Source: a virus
Virus record (IMG/VR): IMGVR_UViG_3300032401_000001
Coordinates: 133,793-197,792 of that record
DNA length: 64,000 nucleotides
Reading direction: 5' to 3' (one strand)
Positions 53,728 through 62,230 of the stretch are shown in pieces. Numbering within the stretch: position 1 is the stretch's first letter; every line of letters begins with the position of its first letter. The notes beneath the pieces are model-generated. The model had not been told where the DNA came from and did not search any database. It worked only from the letters and a program-made list of their open reading frames with translations. The position numbers were made by a program, and so were the translations under genes.

Positions 53728-53734
53728 AGGATAA
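53728..53734 (-). promoter_or_regulatory. Putative -10 TTATCCT, leaderless configuration for the portal
   Basis: 6 nt from the box to the ATG at 53721; no SD. Confidence 0.45.
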
Positions 53735-53739
53735 GCCAC

Positions 53740-54180
53740 GTGACCCAAGAGTACAACCGTGATGTCTGTTTGCTGTGCAGCGTCGCCGACGAATGTCTAC
53801 GACTACGTACGGTCGTCGACTGTATGCACTGCCCGGAGAGTTTGACTTGCGCGGGAACGCCGGTGTTCAACACCCCCAAGTGTGAAGCCCGGGCACGGGA
53901 GTGGCACACGGCGCCGCCGATGAGTACGTTGTGCATGTTGGCGTGGCAGCTGCTCGAGCATCACGACGACTTCATCCCGGTGGAACCGATCTCGATCGAC
54001 GACGGTGACAAGAGCATGATGGTGCGGTGTCCCCGCTGCAACAACATCACCGGGGGTTTCGCGCGTAACTACGACCTCCACGTCGAGAGCATCTTCCACG
54101 CCAAGCAGCACATCATGAACCAGGAGTACCGCATCTGGTGCAACTTCTGCGGGCTTGATCTCAAGCGTATCATCTCGTAG
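53740..54180 (+). CDS. Cys-rich Zn-binding hypothetical protein (start uncertain)
   Basis: 3' end of the long plus ORF: CLLC, CMHC, CPRC and CNFC motifs. Confidence 0.55.
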   Translation: MTQEYNRDVCLLCSVADECLRLRTVVDCMHCPESLTCAGTPVFNTPKCEARAREWHTAPPMSTLCMLAWQLLEHHDDFIPVEPISIDDGDKSMMVRCPRCNNITGGFARNYDLHVESIFHAKQHIMNQEYRIWCNFCGLDLKRIIS

Positions 54181-54201
54181 GCTGTCGGGGAGATAAACAC
54201 G

Positions 54202-56082
54202 ATGCCGGGACCAGTTTACGAGGTAAAGATTACGTCGCTCGGAGGAACGCCGGTCTTCGTGGTGGCTGCGGCAGACATCCGCTTCATGAAAGTGTTCGGG
54301 GCGCTGTGGCAGAATCAGATGTGGTACTACCCGGCGTTCCTGCCCGCCGCCGAGATCGTCCTCAAGGACATGCGCGCCTTGAAGCTACCGGTGGTCTTCT
54401 CGCCAGCGGCACAGCAAGCCATCACGACGCTACAACAGTTGCGAAAGCAACACGAAGATCAGGTGCTGCCAGACGGCTTCACGTTCAAGACGAAGCCCTA
54501 CCAGCACCAGCTGGATGGGTTGACTCACCTCATCTACTACTGGCGGGCGGCGCTGTTCTACGCCTGTGGCTTGGGCAAGACCAAGATCGTCATCGATTGG
54601 CAGCGCGCGGTGCGGTGCTGGCCGCTGGTGGTCTGCCCCAAGATTGTCGTCTCGGTCTGGGCACGCGAGCTGCAGGTTCACGGTATCAACCAGGAGTTCT
54701 GCATCATCGACGCGGAGACGCTGGTCGAGCGTGAGCAACAGCTGCTCAAGACGTCAGGCTACCAGGGTGTCGTGCTGTCCTACGACACCTTGGTGCGTTT
54801 CCCGGAAGTGATTGCGAAGCTGCCCTACACGGCGATGGTGGCCGACGAGTCGCACTACGTTAAGTCCCATGAAGCTACCCGCACCTTGACGATGCTGGAG
54901 CTGTCACAGAAGGCGGCGCGGCGCGTGATCATGTCGGGGACACCGTCGATGGGCGACCCGCGCGACATGTGGTCGCAGCTGCGCCTCCTCTCGCCGGCCT
55001 ACGCTGCGGAAGAGTTCTGGAAGTTCAAGCAGACCTACTGTGTCACAGCCAAGTCGAACAAGCACATCGTGGTGGGCTACAAGAACCTCGACGGGCTGCA
55101 CGCCCGTACCAGCCTGGTAGCACTGCGGCGCACCAAGGAAGCTTGCCTCGATCTGCCGAAGCAGGTGACCATCGACCGGACGGTGCAGTTGTACGGGCGC
55201 GCACGGACGCTCTACCGCGAACTGACGCTGTCCACGGAGTACCAGGATCTGCTTTCGCAGATCCAGAAGCAGCTGCTCATCGGAGCGGGGCGGCTACTCG
55301 ACATTCCGCACGTGGCAACGCTGCTCAACAAGTTGCTGCAGATCGCGGCGGGTTTCGTCTACGTACGCTCCGAGGCTGAGGCCCGGGCCTGCGATGACTG
55401 CGAATACCTGCACACCTGTGTGCAGGACAACATCAAGCCACATACCAGTCGCTGCGTGAAGCATCCGTCGCCCTCCCCGCGGCTGGTTGAGTTCTTCCCG
55501 GAGAACGCCAAGCTCGATGCGCTACGGGAACTTCTCGAGGAGATTCTCGAAGACACCGCTAACAAGGTCATCATCTGGGGGCAGTACGCGGCCGAGCTCG
55601 ACCTGATCGAGAAGCTGCTGGAGGATCAGCACCTCGGTCATGTTCGTGTCGATGGTAGTACCGGTGGTGGAACGGCGGCGCTGGCCGAGAAGTTCAACAC
55701 GGATCCGACGTGTCGGGTCTACCTCGGGCAGGTCTCGACGGGCGTCGGCATCACGCTGAACGCCGCCAACTACATGGTCTACTATACGTCGCCCTGGAAG
55801 CTAGGCGACTACGAGCAGTCGAAGGACCGCAATCACCGCCTAGGCCAGGAACGCGACACGACCATCTTTCGCTTGATCGCCGCCGGTACCATTGACGAAG
55901 CGGTACTCCGGGCACTGCGCACCAAGCACGATGTTTCGGAGGCGCTCATCGCGGCTATCACCTGCCCGGCCTGTGAGCACGCCGCATCCTGTCTGGTGCG
56001 CGACATCATGCCATTCGACGACGAGTGCATCTATCCTCGCGGGTTGGCTCGTCCGATAGCGAAAGCCTCACCGCTCACCTGA
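54202..56082 (+). CDS. SNF2-family (SF2) helicase/translocase
   Basis: PYQHQ, GLGKT, ADESH, SGTP, K..AL, STG.GITL..A, Q..DRNHRLGQ. Confidence 0.92.
   Translation: MPGPVYEVKITSLGGTPVFVVAAADIRFMKVFGALWQNQMWYYPAFLPAAEIVLKDMRALKLPVVFSPAAQQAITTLQQLRKQHEDQVLPDGFTFKTKPYQHQLDGLTHLIYYWRAALFYACGLGKTKIVIDWQRAVRCWPLVVCPKIVVSVWARELQVHGINQEFCIIDAETLVEREQQLLKTSGYQGVVLSYDTLVRFPEVIAKLPYTAMVADESHYVKSHEATRTLTMLELSQKAARRVIMSGTPSMGDPRDMWSQLRLLSPAYAAEEFWKFKQTYCVTAKSNKHIVVGYKNLDGLHARTSLVALRRTKEACLDLPKQVTIDRTVQLYGRARTLYRELTLSTEYQDLLSQIQKQLLIGAGRLLDIPHVATLLNKLLQIAAGFVYVRSEAEARACDDCEYLHTCVQDNIKPHTSRCVKHPSPSPRLVEFFPENAKLDALRELLEEILEDTANKVIIWGQYAAELDLIEKLLEDQHLGHVRVDGSTGGGTAALAEKFNTDPTCRVYLGQVSTGVGITLNAANYMVYYTSPWKLGDYEQSKDRNHRLGQERDTTIFRLIAAGTIDEAVLRALRTKHDVSEALIAAITCPACEHAASCLVRDIMPFDDECIYPRGLARPIAKASPLT
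54214..54228. promoter_or_regulatory. Palindrome GTTTAC-GAG-GTAAAG (copy 8)
   Basis: Codons 5-9 of the helicase gene. Confidence 0.75.
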
Positions 56083-56096
56083 GAAGGAGACGCCCC

Positions 56097-56576
56097 ATGG
56101 ACCACATCCTCATTCTGCGACACACCGACATCGTCGAGTACGCCACGAAGTTGCTGGCTATGCGCGGGGTCAAGCCGGCCTCTCCGATCGTCTTCAAGTC
56201 GCGCAAGGGTCACCCCGGTGAATTCGAGGCGCACATCGAGTGCGAGTCGACGGACTTGCCGGATCATTGTCCCCAGTGCGGTGTGCGTTTGGGCCAAGGA
56301 CCCGTGTTAGCGCCGGTGTCGGCGGGTCTGTACGATCCGCCACCGGCGGCACAACCTTCACCGAATGTCACCGCCTTGACGCCGGTGCCACCGCTCGACC
56401 CGGATCTGGGTGAGTCAATGGACCCGCCTGGAGAAGTCGAGAGCCACGCTCGGGGTGCCAACTCTCGCACCGAAGCGGAAGGTATGTCCAGTCTGGTCGC
56501 GGCTAGCCGGCAACTGGAAGCGCAGCTGGCCCATGAACGGAACCAGCGACCACCGACGGGCAAACCACGGCGGTGA
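56097..56576 (+). CDS. Hypothetical protein with a CPQC motif
   Basis: SD AAGGAG before ATG. Confidence 0.6.
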   Translation: MDHILILRHTDIVEYATKLLAMRGVKPASPIVFKSRKGHPGEFEAHIECESTDLPDHCPQCGVRLGQGPVLAPVSAGLYDPPPAAQPSPNVTALTPVPPLDPDLGESMDPPGEVESHARGANSRTEAEGMSSLVAASRQLEAQLAHERNQRPPTGKPRR

Positions 56577-56597
56577 TGCTGGTACAAGAGGAGTACC

Positions 56598-57566
56598 ATG
56601 GCCGATTCCGACAACCCCCTCGTCGAGGACTTCGAGCCCACGCCAGCGATGTTGGCGCAGCTCGACGCCTTCACCCAGGCGGCAGCGGCGTTGCCGAAGC
56701 CGCTACACCTCCCCAAGAAGGCGCTCTCCGCGACGCAGATCGATATGTATCTGCGCTGTCCGCGCCAGTACTACTTCCGCTACATCAAGGATACCGTTCG
56801 ACCGCCGGGCGTGGCGCTTACCTTGGGCAAGGGTACGCACAAGGCGCTGGAGACGACCCACCACGCCATCGTCGATACCGGTGTCCCGGCGTCTGAGTCA
56901 ATAGTCACGGCGGCTTTCTCCGACTCTTTCGACAAGGCCGTGGCGGAAGTTCCCAAGGAAGAATGGGAGAAGGACGCATCTACGCCCGGAGCAGTAAAGG
57001 ACGCCGGCCTGGCGCTCGTGCGGCTGTACAACCTCAAGTTCGCACCGCTGGTCCGGCCGCAGATCATCAAGACGGTGAACGGCGAAGTACGGGGCATCGA
57101 GAAGCAGTTCAGCATTCTCATCGCCGGAGTACCGGTCATCGGGTTCGTCGACCTGATCGACACCAATGACCCCACCATCGTGTCTTCGCCCAGCGAAGTG
57201 GTCGTCATGCGGCAGAAAGGCGTGACCATCCCCGAGGCGATGCGTACCGTCATCGTCGACTTCAAGACCAAGGCCAAGAGTTTCTCGCAGGGCGACGTCG
57301 ACGGGTCGTTGCAACTGACCATCTACTCCTATGCCGAGAAGATTCCGGCGGTCCGGTTCGACCAGCTGCTGCGGCAGAAGACCCCGACCCTCAAGCGCAT
57401 CAGCGCGCTGCGGACGCCGCAGGACTACCTTTGGCTGGAGGAGATCGTGCGGGGCGTCGCCGAGGCCATCAGCGCCGGCGTCTTCCCGCCGTGTGACCCA
57501 TCAGCCTGGGTGTGCAGCGAGAAGTGGTGCGGCTTCTGGCACCTCTGCCGCGGGAGGAAACGATGA
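56598..57566 (+). CDS. PD-(D/E)XK exonuclease (AddB/Cas4-like)
   Basis: LS.TQI..Y..CP.QY; G.VDLID; IVDFKT; Q...Y; C-terminal C...C..C...C cluster. Confidence 0.88.
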   Translation: MADSDNPLVEDFEPTPAMLAQLDAFTQAAAALPKPLHLPKKALSATQIDMYLRCPRQYYFRYIKDTVRPPGVALTLGKGTHKALETTHHAIVDTGVPASESIVTAAFSDSFDKAVAEVPKEEWEKDASTPGAVKDAGLALVRLYNLKFAPLVRPQIIKTVNGEVRGIEKQFSILIAGVPVIGFVDLIDTNDPTIVSSPSEVVVMRQKGVTIPEAMRTVIVDFKTKAKSFSQGDVDGSLQLTIYSYAEKIPAVRFDQLLRQKTPTLKRISALRTPQDYLWLEEIVRGVAEAISAGVFPPCDPSAWVCSEKWCGFWHLCRGRKR

Positions 57567-58303
57567 GCACGGGAATGTCCATCACCAACATCAAGGTCTT
57601 CGGCTTCGAACCTGCGCTGATCGACATGCGCAACCCGAAGGAGAGCTGGGACCTGAGCGACTCGAAGTTCTACAGCCTCTCGCCGTATCACGTCAGCGAG
57701 GCGGGCTACATACAGGAGTTCCCCCCGTGGGACCACATGCAACTCCGGGTGCCAGAGCTGCCGTTCATCGGTCCCGCGGATCTGAAGCTCGCCTGCAATC
57801 TCATCAAGGGCGGGGGTGCGCACCGCAAGTTCCTGCGTGAGATCTACGTCTGGTGGACCGTCACCATCCCGCGGTGCCTGTGGCAGGAACTCGACACGTA
57901 CAAGGTCAGCACAGTGCGCAACAGCTGTTCGACGATGCACAAGCTCGGCAGTCGCGAGCTGGTGCCGGCGGACTTCGCTGACGAGGACATCGAGCCGAGC
58001 GTGCTCTTCAAGCTCAACGACATGGGCGTGTGCTACCGCGGTAAGCATGCGTATGTCGAGGAACGCACAGGCAAGGTCTACGAAGGCGTGCCCCTGTTGC
58101 GCCACATGAAGCTGCAGTTGCCGGAGAGCTACTTGCAGCGGGCTGGCTACGTCTTCAACTACGAGTCGGCGCTCAAGATGTACTACGATCGCCACGATCA
58201 CCGCATGCTGGAGTGGTCCGGGGCCTACGGCATCTGCGCGCACATCCGCTGCTTGCCCTACATGAACGAGTTCATCGAAGCTGCGCAAACACAACGCGGC
58301 TGA
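57563..58303 (+). CDS. ThyX-like protein
   Basis: MRNP..SW..SDS, H.KFLR.I.V, W.ELDTY.V....NS.STMH phage ThyX-like pattern. Confidence 0.65.
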   Translation: MSTGMSITNIKVFGFEPALIDMRNPKESWDLSDSKFYSLSPYHVSEAGYIQEFPPWDHMQLRVPELPFIGPADLKLACNLIKGGGAHRKFLREIYVWWTVTIPRCLWQELDTYKVSTVRNSCSTMHKLGSRELVPADFADEDIEPSVLFKLNDMGVCYRGKHAYVEERTGKVYEGVPLLRHMKLQLPESYLQRAGYVFNYESALKMYYDRHDHRMLEWSGAYGICAHIRCLPYMNEFIEAAQTQRG

Positions 58304-58328
58304 TCTGTGGTATGAGAACGCGCTCTAC

Positions 58329-58544
58329 ATGTCGCCAGCACCGTACGTATCCGTGTCGTACACGCGGGAGCTACATCAGCGCCCTTCACCGCTGCGCCTC
58401 ATCTTCGATGAAGGCGGTTTCGGGGAAGCGGTGTGCCAGTGTGGCTGGCACTTCGCGTGGGACGTCGCAACACGGGAGAACATGATTTACGATGGTGATG
58501 GACGACCCCGGTTGTTTTGTCCGAACTGTCGGGCCATCGAGTAG
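58329..58544 (+). CDS. Small Zn-ribbon protein
   Basis: CQC...CPNC. Confidence 0.55.
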   Translation: MSPAPYVSVSYTRELHQRPSPLRLIFDEGGFGEAVCQCGWHFAWDVATRENMIYDGDGRPRLFCPNCRAIE

Positions 58545-58559
58545 CTTTACCAGGTAAAG
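58545..58559. promoter_or_regulatory. Palindrome CTTTAC-CAG-GTAAAG (copy 9)
   Basis: Starts immediately after a stop codon, 30 nt before the ATG at 58590. Confidence 0.8.
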
Positions 58560-58589
58560 GCACCACACCAGCAGGAAGGAGACCACCAC

Positions 58590-58994
58590 ATGAAGGTCAT
58601 CATCACGGACCGGTGCGACCGCTGCAAGCGGGAGGCCCCCAAGGAGATCGAGCACACGGACGTCGAACCGTTGCAGGCCGCAGAGCAGCAGCGGCAGGCG
58701 AACTTCGACAACCTCAAGAAGATGATCGAGAGCAGCGTACAGGCGCTGCCCGACCTCATCGTCATCTTCAAGGGCACCATCCGCACCACCAACCACGTCT
58801 GCGATGCCAACTGCAAGGCGACCATCGAGCACACGCTCGACGCCGCCTTCCGGGACATCGACCCTTCCAAACGTGCGCCGCGGAAGACGCGCACGCCGGC
58901 GGAGACGTCCCACGAGGGGACGACGTCGAGCGAGACTCCCGCGGCGACCACGCATCGGACTGGCGACAAGCCCAAGGGGGCTCCGAAGAAGTAG
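58590..58994 (+). CDS. Zn-binding hypothetical protein
   Basis: CDRC...HVCD.NC; SD AAGGAG. Confidence 0.7.
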   Translation: MKVIITDRCDRCKREAPKEIEHTDVEPLQAAEQQRQANFDNLKKMIESSVQALPDLIVIFKGTIRTTNHVCDANCKATIEHTLDAAFRDIDPSKRAPRKTRTPAETSHEGTTSSETPAATTHRTGDKPKGAPKK

Positions 58995-59431
58995 CGGCGG
59001 CCATCGGGCGGCGCACCGACGCGCAGTGCCGGAAGATCCTGTGGTTGTTGCGGCACCGAGCAGGTCTTGGCGTCACCAACGCTGAGTTGGCCTGCATCGC
59101 GCTGAAGTACACCTCACGGATCTCCGACCTCCGCGATCTGGGCTGGCGCATCCTGTGCACCTGCGAGGACGCCAGCCGGGGCGTCTTCCGGTATCATCTA
59201 CTGGGACGTGCCCCAAGTCGGCAACGTGAACTGTTCTTCAGTACGGAGGCGGAGCCCATGGAAAAGCTAGGCGTCGAGGAAGATCCGGCTCGGGTGGCAC
59301 TGGTGACGGAACCACGCCTCTGTCCGTGGTGCGGTGGCGCGTTGGTGTCGGAAGCTGAGACCAACGTTGCGCAGTGTCCGGTGCACGGCACCAAGCCGTT
59401 CGAGCCCGGCACTGTTCGTCCGTTGGACTGA
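58991..59431 (+). CDS. Winged-HTH domain in frame with a Zn-ribbon domain (start unclear; internal ATG at 59258)
   Basis: Q..KIL.LL.....VTNAEL..I.L.Y.SRI.DLR..GW.I; then MEKLGV...CPWCG...CP.HGT.PFE. Confidence 0.55.
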   Translation, partial: VAAAIGRRTDAQCRKILWLLRHRAGLGVTNAELACIALKYTSRISDLRDLGWRILCTCEDASRGVFRYHLLGRAPSRQRELFFSTEAEPMEKLGVEEDPARVALVTEPRLCPWCGGALVSEAETNVAQCPVHGTKPFEPGTVRPLD

Positions 59432-59432
59432 C

Positions 59433-59690
59433 ATGGCGCGCGTCCGGTCCCGGAGTCGAACGCCGCGTGAGCGGCTACCCGACAAGCTCACTCATGAGCT
59501 GATTCAGCGCTATCGGCTCATCAACGCCGTGCACGCCTGCTGCTACAACCGACTGGACGTCGACGTACAGGAGATCGCCACCGAGTTCTTCTTCCTCATC
59601 GGTGACGTGCTGGAGGGTAAGCCTCTGCGTCGCACCGGGTTGAAGTACATCGATCTCGCCCGCGTTGAAGCTTTTCTGCGAGCCCGCTGA
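59433..59690 (+). CDS. Hypothetical protein
   Basis: 85 aa tightly coupled to the upstream stop. Confidence 0.5.
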   Translation: MARVRSRSRTPRERLPDKLTHELIQRYRLINAVHACCYNRLDVDVQEIATEFFFLIGDVLEGKPLRRTGLKYIDLARVEAFLRAR

Positions 59691-59742
59691 CCGCTTTTCG
59701 TTCATCGAGCTCCCACCCCTAACCGCCTTCGAGGAGGTTTGC

Positions 59743-60099
59743 ATGTCCATGACGCGCTTCGAGCGCATCCTCGACGCTGTCCACAACTTCTCGGTAGCGT
59801 TGGCGCGGATGACCAAGCCGCGCTGGCATCTCGACCGTGATCGGCTGGTGTCGATCTTCGGCATCGGTACAGCGCTGGTGACCGGCGTGTCGGCGGCGGT
59901 GCCGCAACTGAAGGGGTTGGCCATCGTGGCCAACCTGTTGGCGGCGCTGCAGCGAACGTCGACGGAGGTCCAGCACCAGCTGTCCCCGGTTGCCGCCGCA
60001 GAAACGCCGGCGTCACCGACGGAAGGTCCACCGGATCTCCGGGTCGTACCCCCAGTCACCGAACCGGCTATACCCTCGTCCCAGCAATCAGCGCGTTGA
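59743..60099 (+). CDS. Hypothetical membrane-associated protein
   Basis: SD GAGGAGG; hydrophobic LVSIFGIGTALVTGVSAAV segment. Confidence 0.55.
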   Translation: MSMTRFERILDAVHNFSVALARMTKPRWHLDRDRLVSIFGIGTALVTGVSAAVPQLKGLAIVANLLAALQRTSTEVQHQLSPVAAAETPASPTEGPPDLRVVPPVTEPAIPSSQQSAR

Positions 60100-60101
60100 G
60101 G

Positions 60102-60131
60102 TTGCTTGCGCCCTTTTGTTTGCGTTACAGT
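60102..60131 (+). promoter_or_regulatory. Sigma70-like promoter TTGCTT-N18-TACAGT for parB
   Basis: AT-rich intergenic region 29 nt upstream of the ATG. Confidence 0.5.
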
Positions 60132-60160
60132 GCGCAGCACCCCTAACAAGGAGACTCAAC

Positions 60161-61270
60161 ATGCCAACGACCGAAAAGCCCGATGCTCCCAGGAAGACCA
60201 TCTCCATCGAAATGCCGGATGGCGCCACCGTCGGCGGCAACGGCAAGTCCGAAGCGAAGTCCGACGGCAAGAAGCCCGAGCCCAAGAAGTCCGACGAGAA
60301 GAAGCTCGACGAGAAGAAGCCCGAGGAGAAGAAGCCGCCGACGCAGAAGCTCGACACCTCCGAGATCGGCACGCAGATCCAGGTGAAGGTCGGCGACATC
60401 GTCGTCGATGGCGGGCGGAATCCGCGGCAGGACTTCAACCGTGAGCGCCTGGCGTCGCTGTCGGGCAGCCTCAAGCACATCGGCATCATCAACCCGCTGT
60501 CGGTGTACAAGACCGTGGACGGCAAGTACCATCTGATCGCCGGTGAGCGCCGGCTGCGTGCCGCCAAGCTGGGGGGTCTCGCCACGGTGCCCGTGAAGGT
60601 CTTCAACAACGACGAGACGACCATCCTCTTCGTGCGGGCGGACGAGAACCGGCAGGCGGAGCGGCTCAACCCGATGGAAGAGGCGGAAGTCATCAAGAGC
60701 CTCCTCGGCAAGAGCGTGCGCTTCCCCGGTGAGCGTGTCGACACCGTCATCAACGGCAAGGTGCTGGCGCAGCGCTGGCACGTGACCGAGGGCTACATCA
60801 GCCAGCGGCTCGACTTGCTCAACTTGCCGGCGCCCATCCAGGAGGCACTCCGCCAGGGCAAGCTCAAGTTCACCGATGCCCGCGAGCTGCTCGACATCAA
60901 CGACCCGAAGAAGCAGCTGGAGAAGTTCCATGCCTTCCTCAAGGGCGAAGTGGACCGCAAGGACATCGCCCGGACGGCCGAGAAGTCGCGGCACGAGCGG
61001 CGGCAGGCGAAGAGCGGCAAGCCGCTCGGTCGGCCGGCGGCCGCTGATTCCAGCGAGTCGCCCAACGTCGTGCGCCAGGGTCTCGACAAGGCGCTCGAAC
61101 GGCTGCGCAGCGTCAAGAAGCTCGAGGTCAAGGGCAGTCGCGAAGTGCGCGAGGGGCTCGAGCTGGCCTACGAACGCTACGACCGCGCGCAGTCCGAAGA
61201 GCGCCGGCAGTACCTCAAGGGCGTCACTTCGACGCTCGAGTGGATGGCCGGCTTCCGCGACGAGTTCTAG
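60161..61270 (+). CDS. parB: ParB/Spo0J-family CTPase DNA-binding protein
   Basis: NPRQDF, GIINPL.V, IAGERRLRAA, ENRQ...LNPMEEA, HTH (LAQRWHVTEGYISQRL.LL.LP). Confidence 0.9.
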   Translation: MPTTEKPDAPRKTISIEMPDGATVGGNGKSEAKSDGKKPEPKKSDEKKLDEKKPEEKKPPTQKLDTSEIGTQIQVKVGDIVVDGGRNPRQDFNRERLASLSGSLKHIGIINPLSVYKTVDGKYHLIAGERRLRAAKLGGLATVPVKVFNNDETTILFVRADENRQAERLNPMEEAEVIKSLLGKSVRFPGERVDTVINGKVLAQRWHVTEGYISQRLDLLNLPAPIQEALRQGKLKFTDARELLDINDPKKQLEKFHAFLKGEVDRKDIARTAEKSRHERRQAKSGKPLGRPAAADSSESPNVVRQGLDKALERLRSVKKLEVKGSREVREGLELAYERYDRAQSEERRQYLKGVTSTLEWMAGFRDEF

Positions 61271-62106
61271 TTCAGCAACGCGTCGTCGGTAGCGTGGAGC
61301 CGCCGCTGCTCCAGTCGATCCCGCAAATCCTCCAGCGCCTTCACCTTGATCTGTCGTACTCGTTCCGAGGATACGCCAAGGCGCCGCGAGATTTCTCGCA
61401 GCGTCTTGGCATCCTCCCGCAGACCGAAGTAGGCGATGAGGACGAACGCTTGTCGATCGGGCAAGCTGCACAGCTGGGCGTAGATGAGTTGGCGAGCGTC
61501 GTTGTTCGTGATGACGGCTTCGTCGTCTTCTTGCGCGGCTACTGCACGGGTGTGGTCATCGCTGACATCGTAGGGAACGTAGACGAAGCCCGCTTCCTGA
61601 CCGGCTTGGCGTGCACGGTGATGCGCTTTCTGCTTGTAGGGCGGCACGTAAACGGTGCTGGCACTGTAGAGCTCAGCACGGATGGATTCTGAGATCCACC
61701 ATGCGGCATAGGTGAGGAAGCGGGTCGTGTAGTGCTGAGCTTCGCGGGCACGGAGCGCCCGGCCACAGCCGGTACAACTTTGTCCCTGGGGGGCGGCAAC
61801 ATAGCATTGCTTGTTGCAGTGGTGGCAGCGGATCACCCAGGGCCGGTAGCGATCGACTGCAATCAGCAAGCCGACGTTGCCGGCCTGGATGAGCGTCTTC
61901 AAGAACTCGGCGTCACCGTGGCAGTACTGCCGGGCAGTCTTGATGACGAACCGGAGTCCACCCTCGACTAAACGCCGCCGCGCTTCCGCGTCTTGTGAGT
62001 TCAAGTAACGCTCGAAGAGGAGGCGCTCCTCTTCGGCGTTACGCGGCATCTGGGTGCGGCCGACTTCCTGGAAGTACTGTTCGCAGGTACGGTCTTCAGT
62101 CTGCAT
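61267..62106 (-). CDS. Sigma70-family sigma factor with a Zn-ribbon insertion
   Basis: Y..EV....EE..L (1.2); LRFV...A..Y, LIQAGN.GL..AVD.Y (2.1-2.2); RF.TYA.WWI...I (2.3-2.4); TL.EI...LGVS.ERVRQI (4.2). Confidence 0.92.
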   Translation of the reverse strand: MQTEDRTCEQYFQEVGRTQMPRNAEEERLLFERYLNSQDAEARRRLVEGGLRFVIKTARQYCHGDAEFLKTLIQAGNVGLLIAVDRYRPWVIRCHHCNKQCYVAAPQGQSCTGCGRALRAREAQHYTTRFLTYAAWWISESIRAELYSASTVYVPPYKQKAHHRARQAGQEAGFVYVPYDVSDDHTRAVAAQEDDEAVITNNDARQLIYAQLCSLPDRQAFVLIAYFGLREDAKTLREISRRLGVSSERVRQIKVKALEDLRDRLEQRRLHATDDALLN

Positions 62107-62172
62107 GGCGTTGTTCAAGCGTATCACGGCTTTACGGCCGTGAGAAGTCCTCTTCCCGTAAAGAGTATCTGC

Positions 62173-62202
62173 TTGACGCTTCTGGTGCCACAACAGTAAC
62201 GT
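62173..62202 (+). promoter_or_regulatory. Sigma70-like promoter TTGACG-N18-TAACGT
   Basis: 28 nt upstream of the ATG at 62231. Confidence 0.55.
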
Positions 62203-62230
62203 GAGGTCCTTCTCAACAAGGAGACTCAAG

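Noticed and set aside
51580-54180. 866-aa plus-strand ORF
   Set aside because: Mostly the antisense shadow of the portal gene caused by high GC3; only the Cys-rich 3' end (53740-54180) looks like a real protein
56598-57566. Cas4-like gene as evidence of a CRISPR system
   Set aside because: No repeat-spacer array and no other cas genes; stand-alone PD-(D/E)XK nucleases are common in phages
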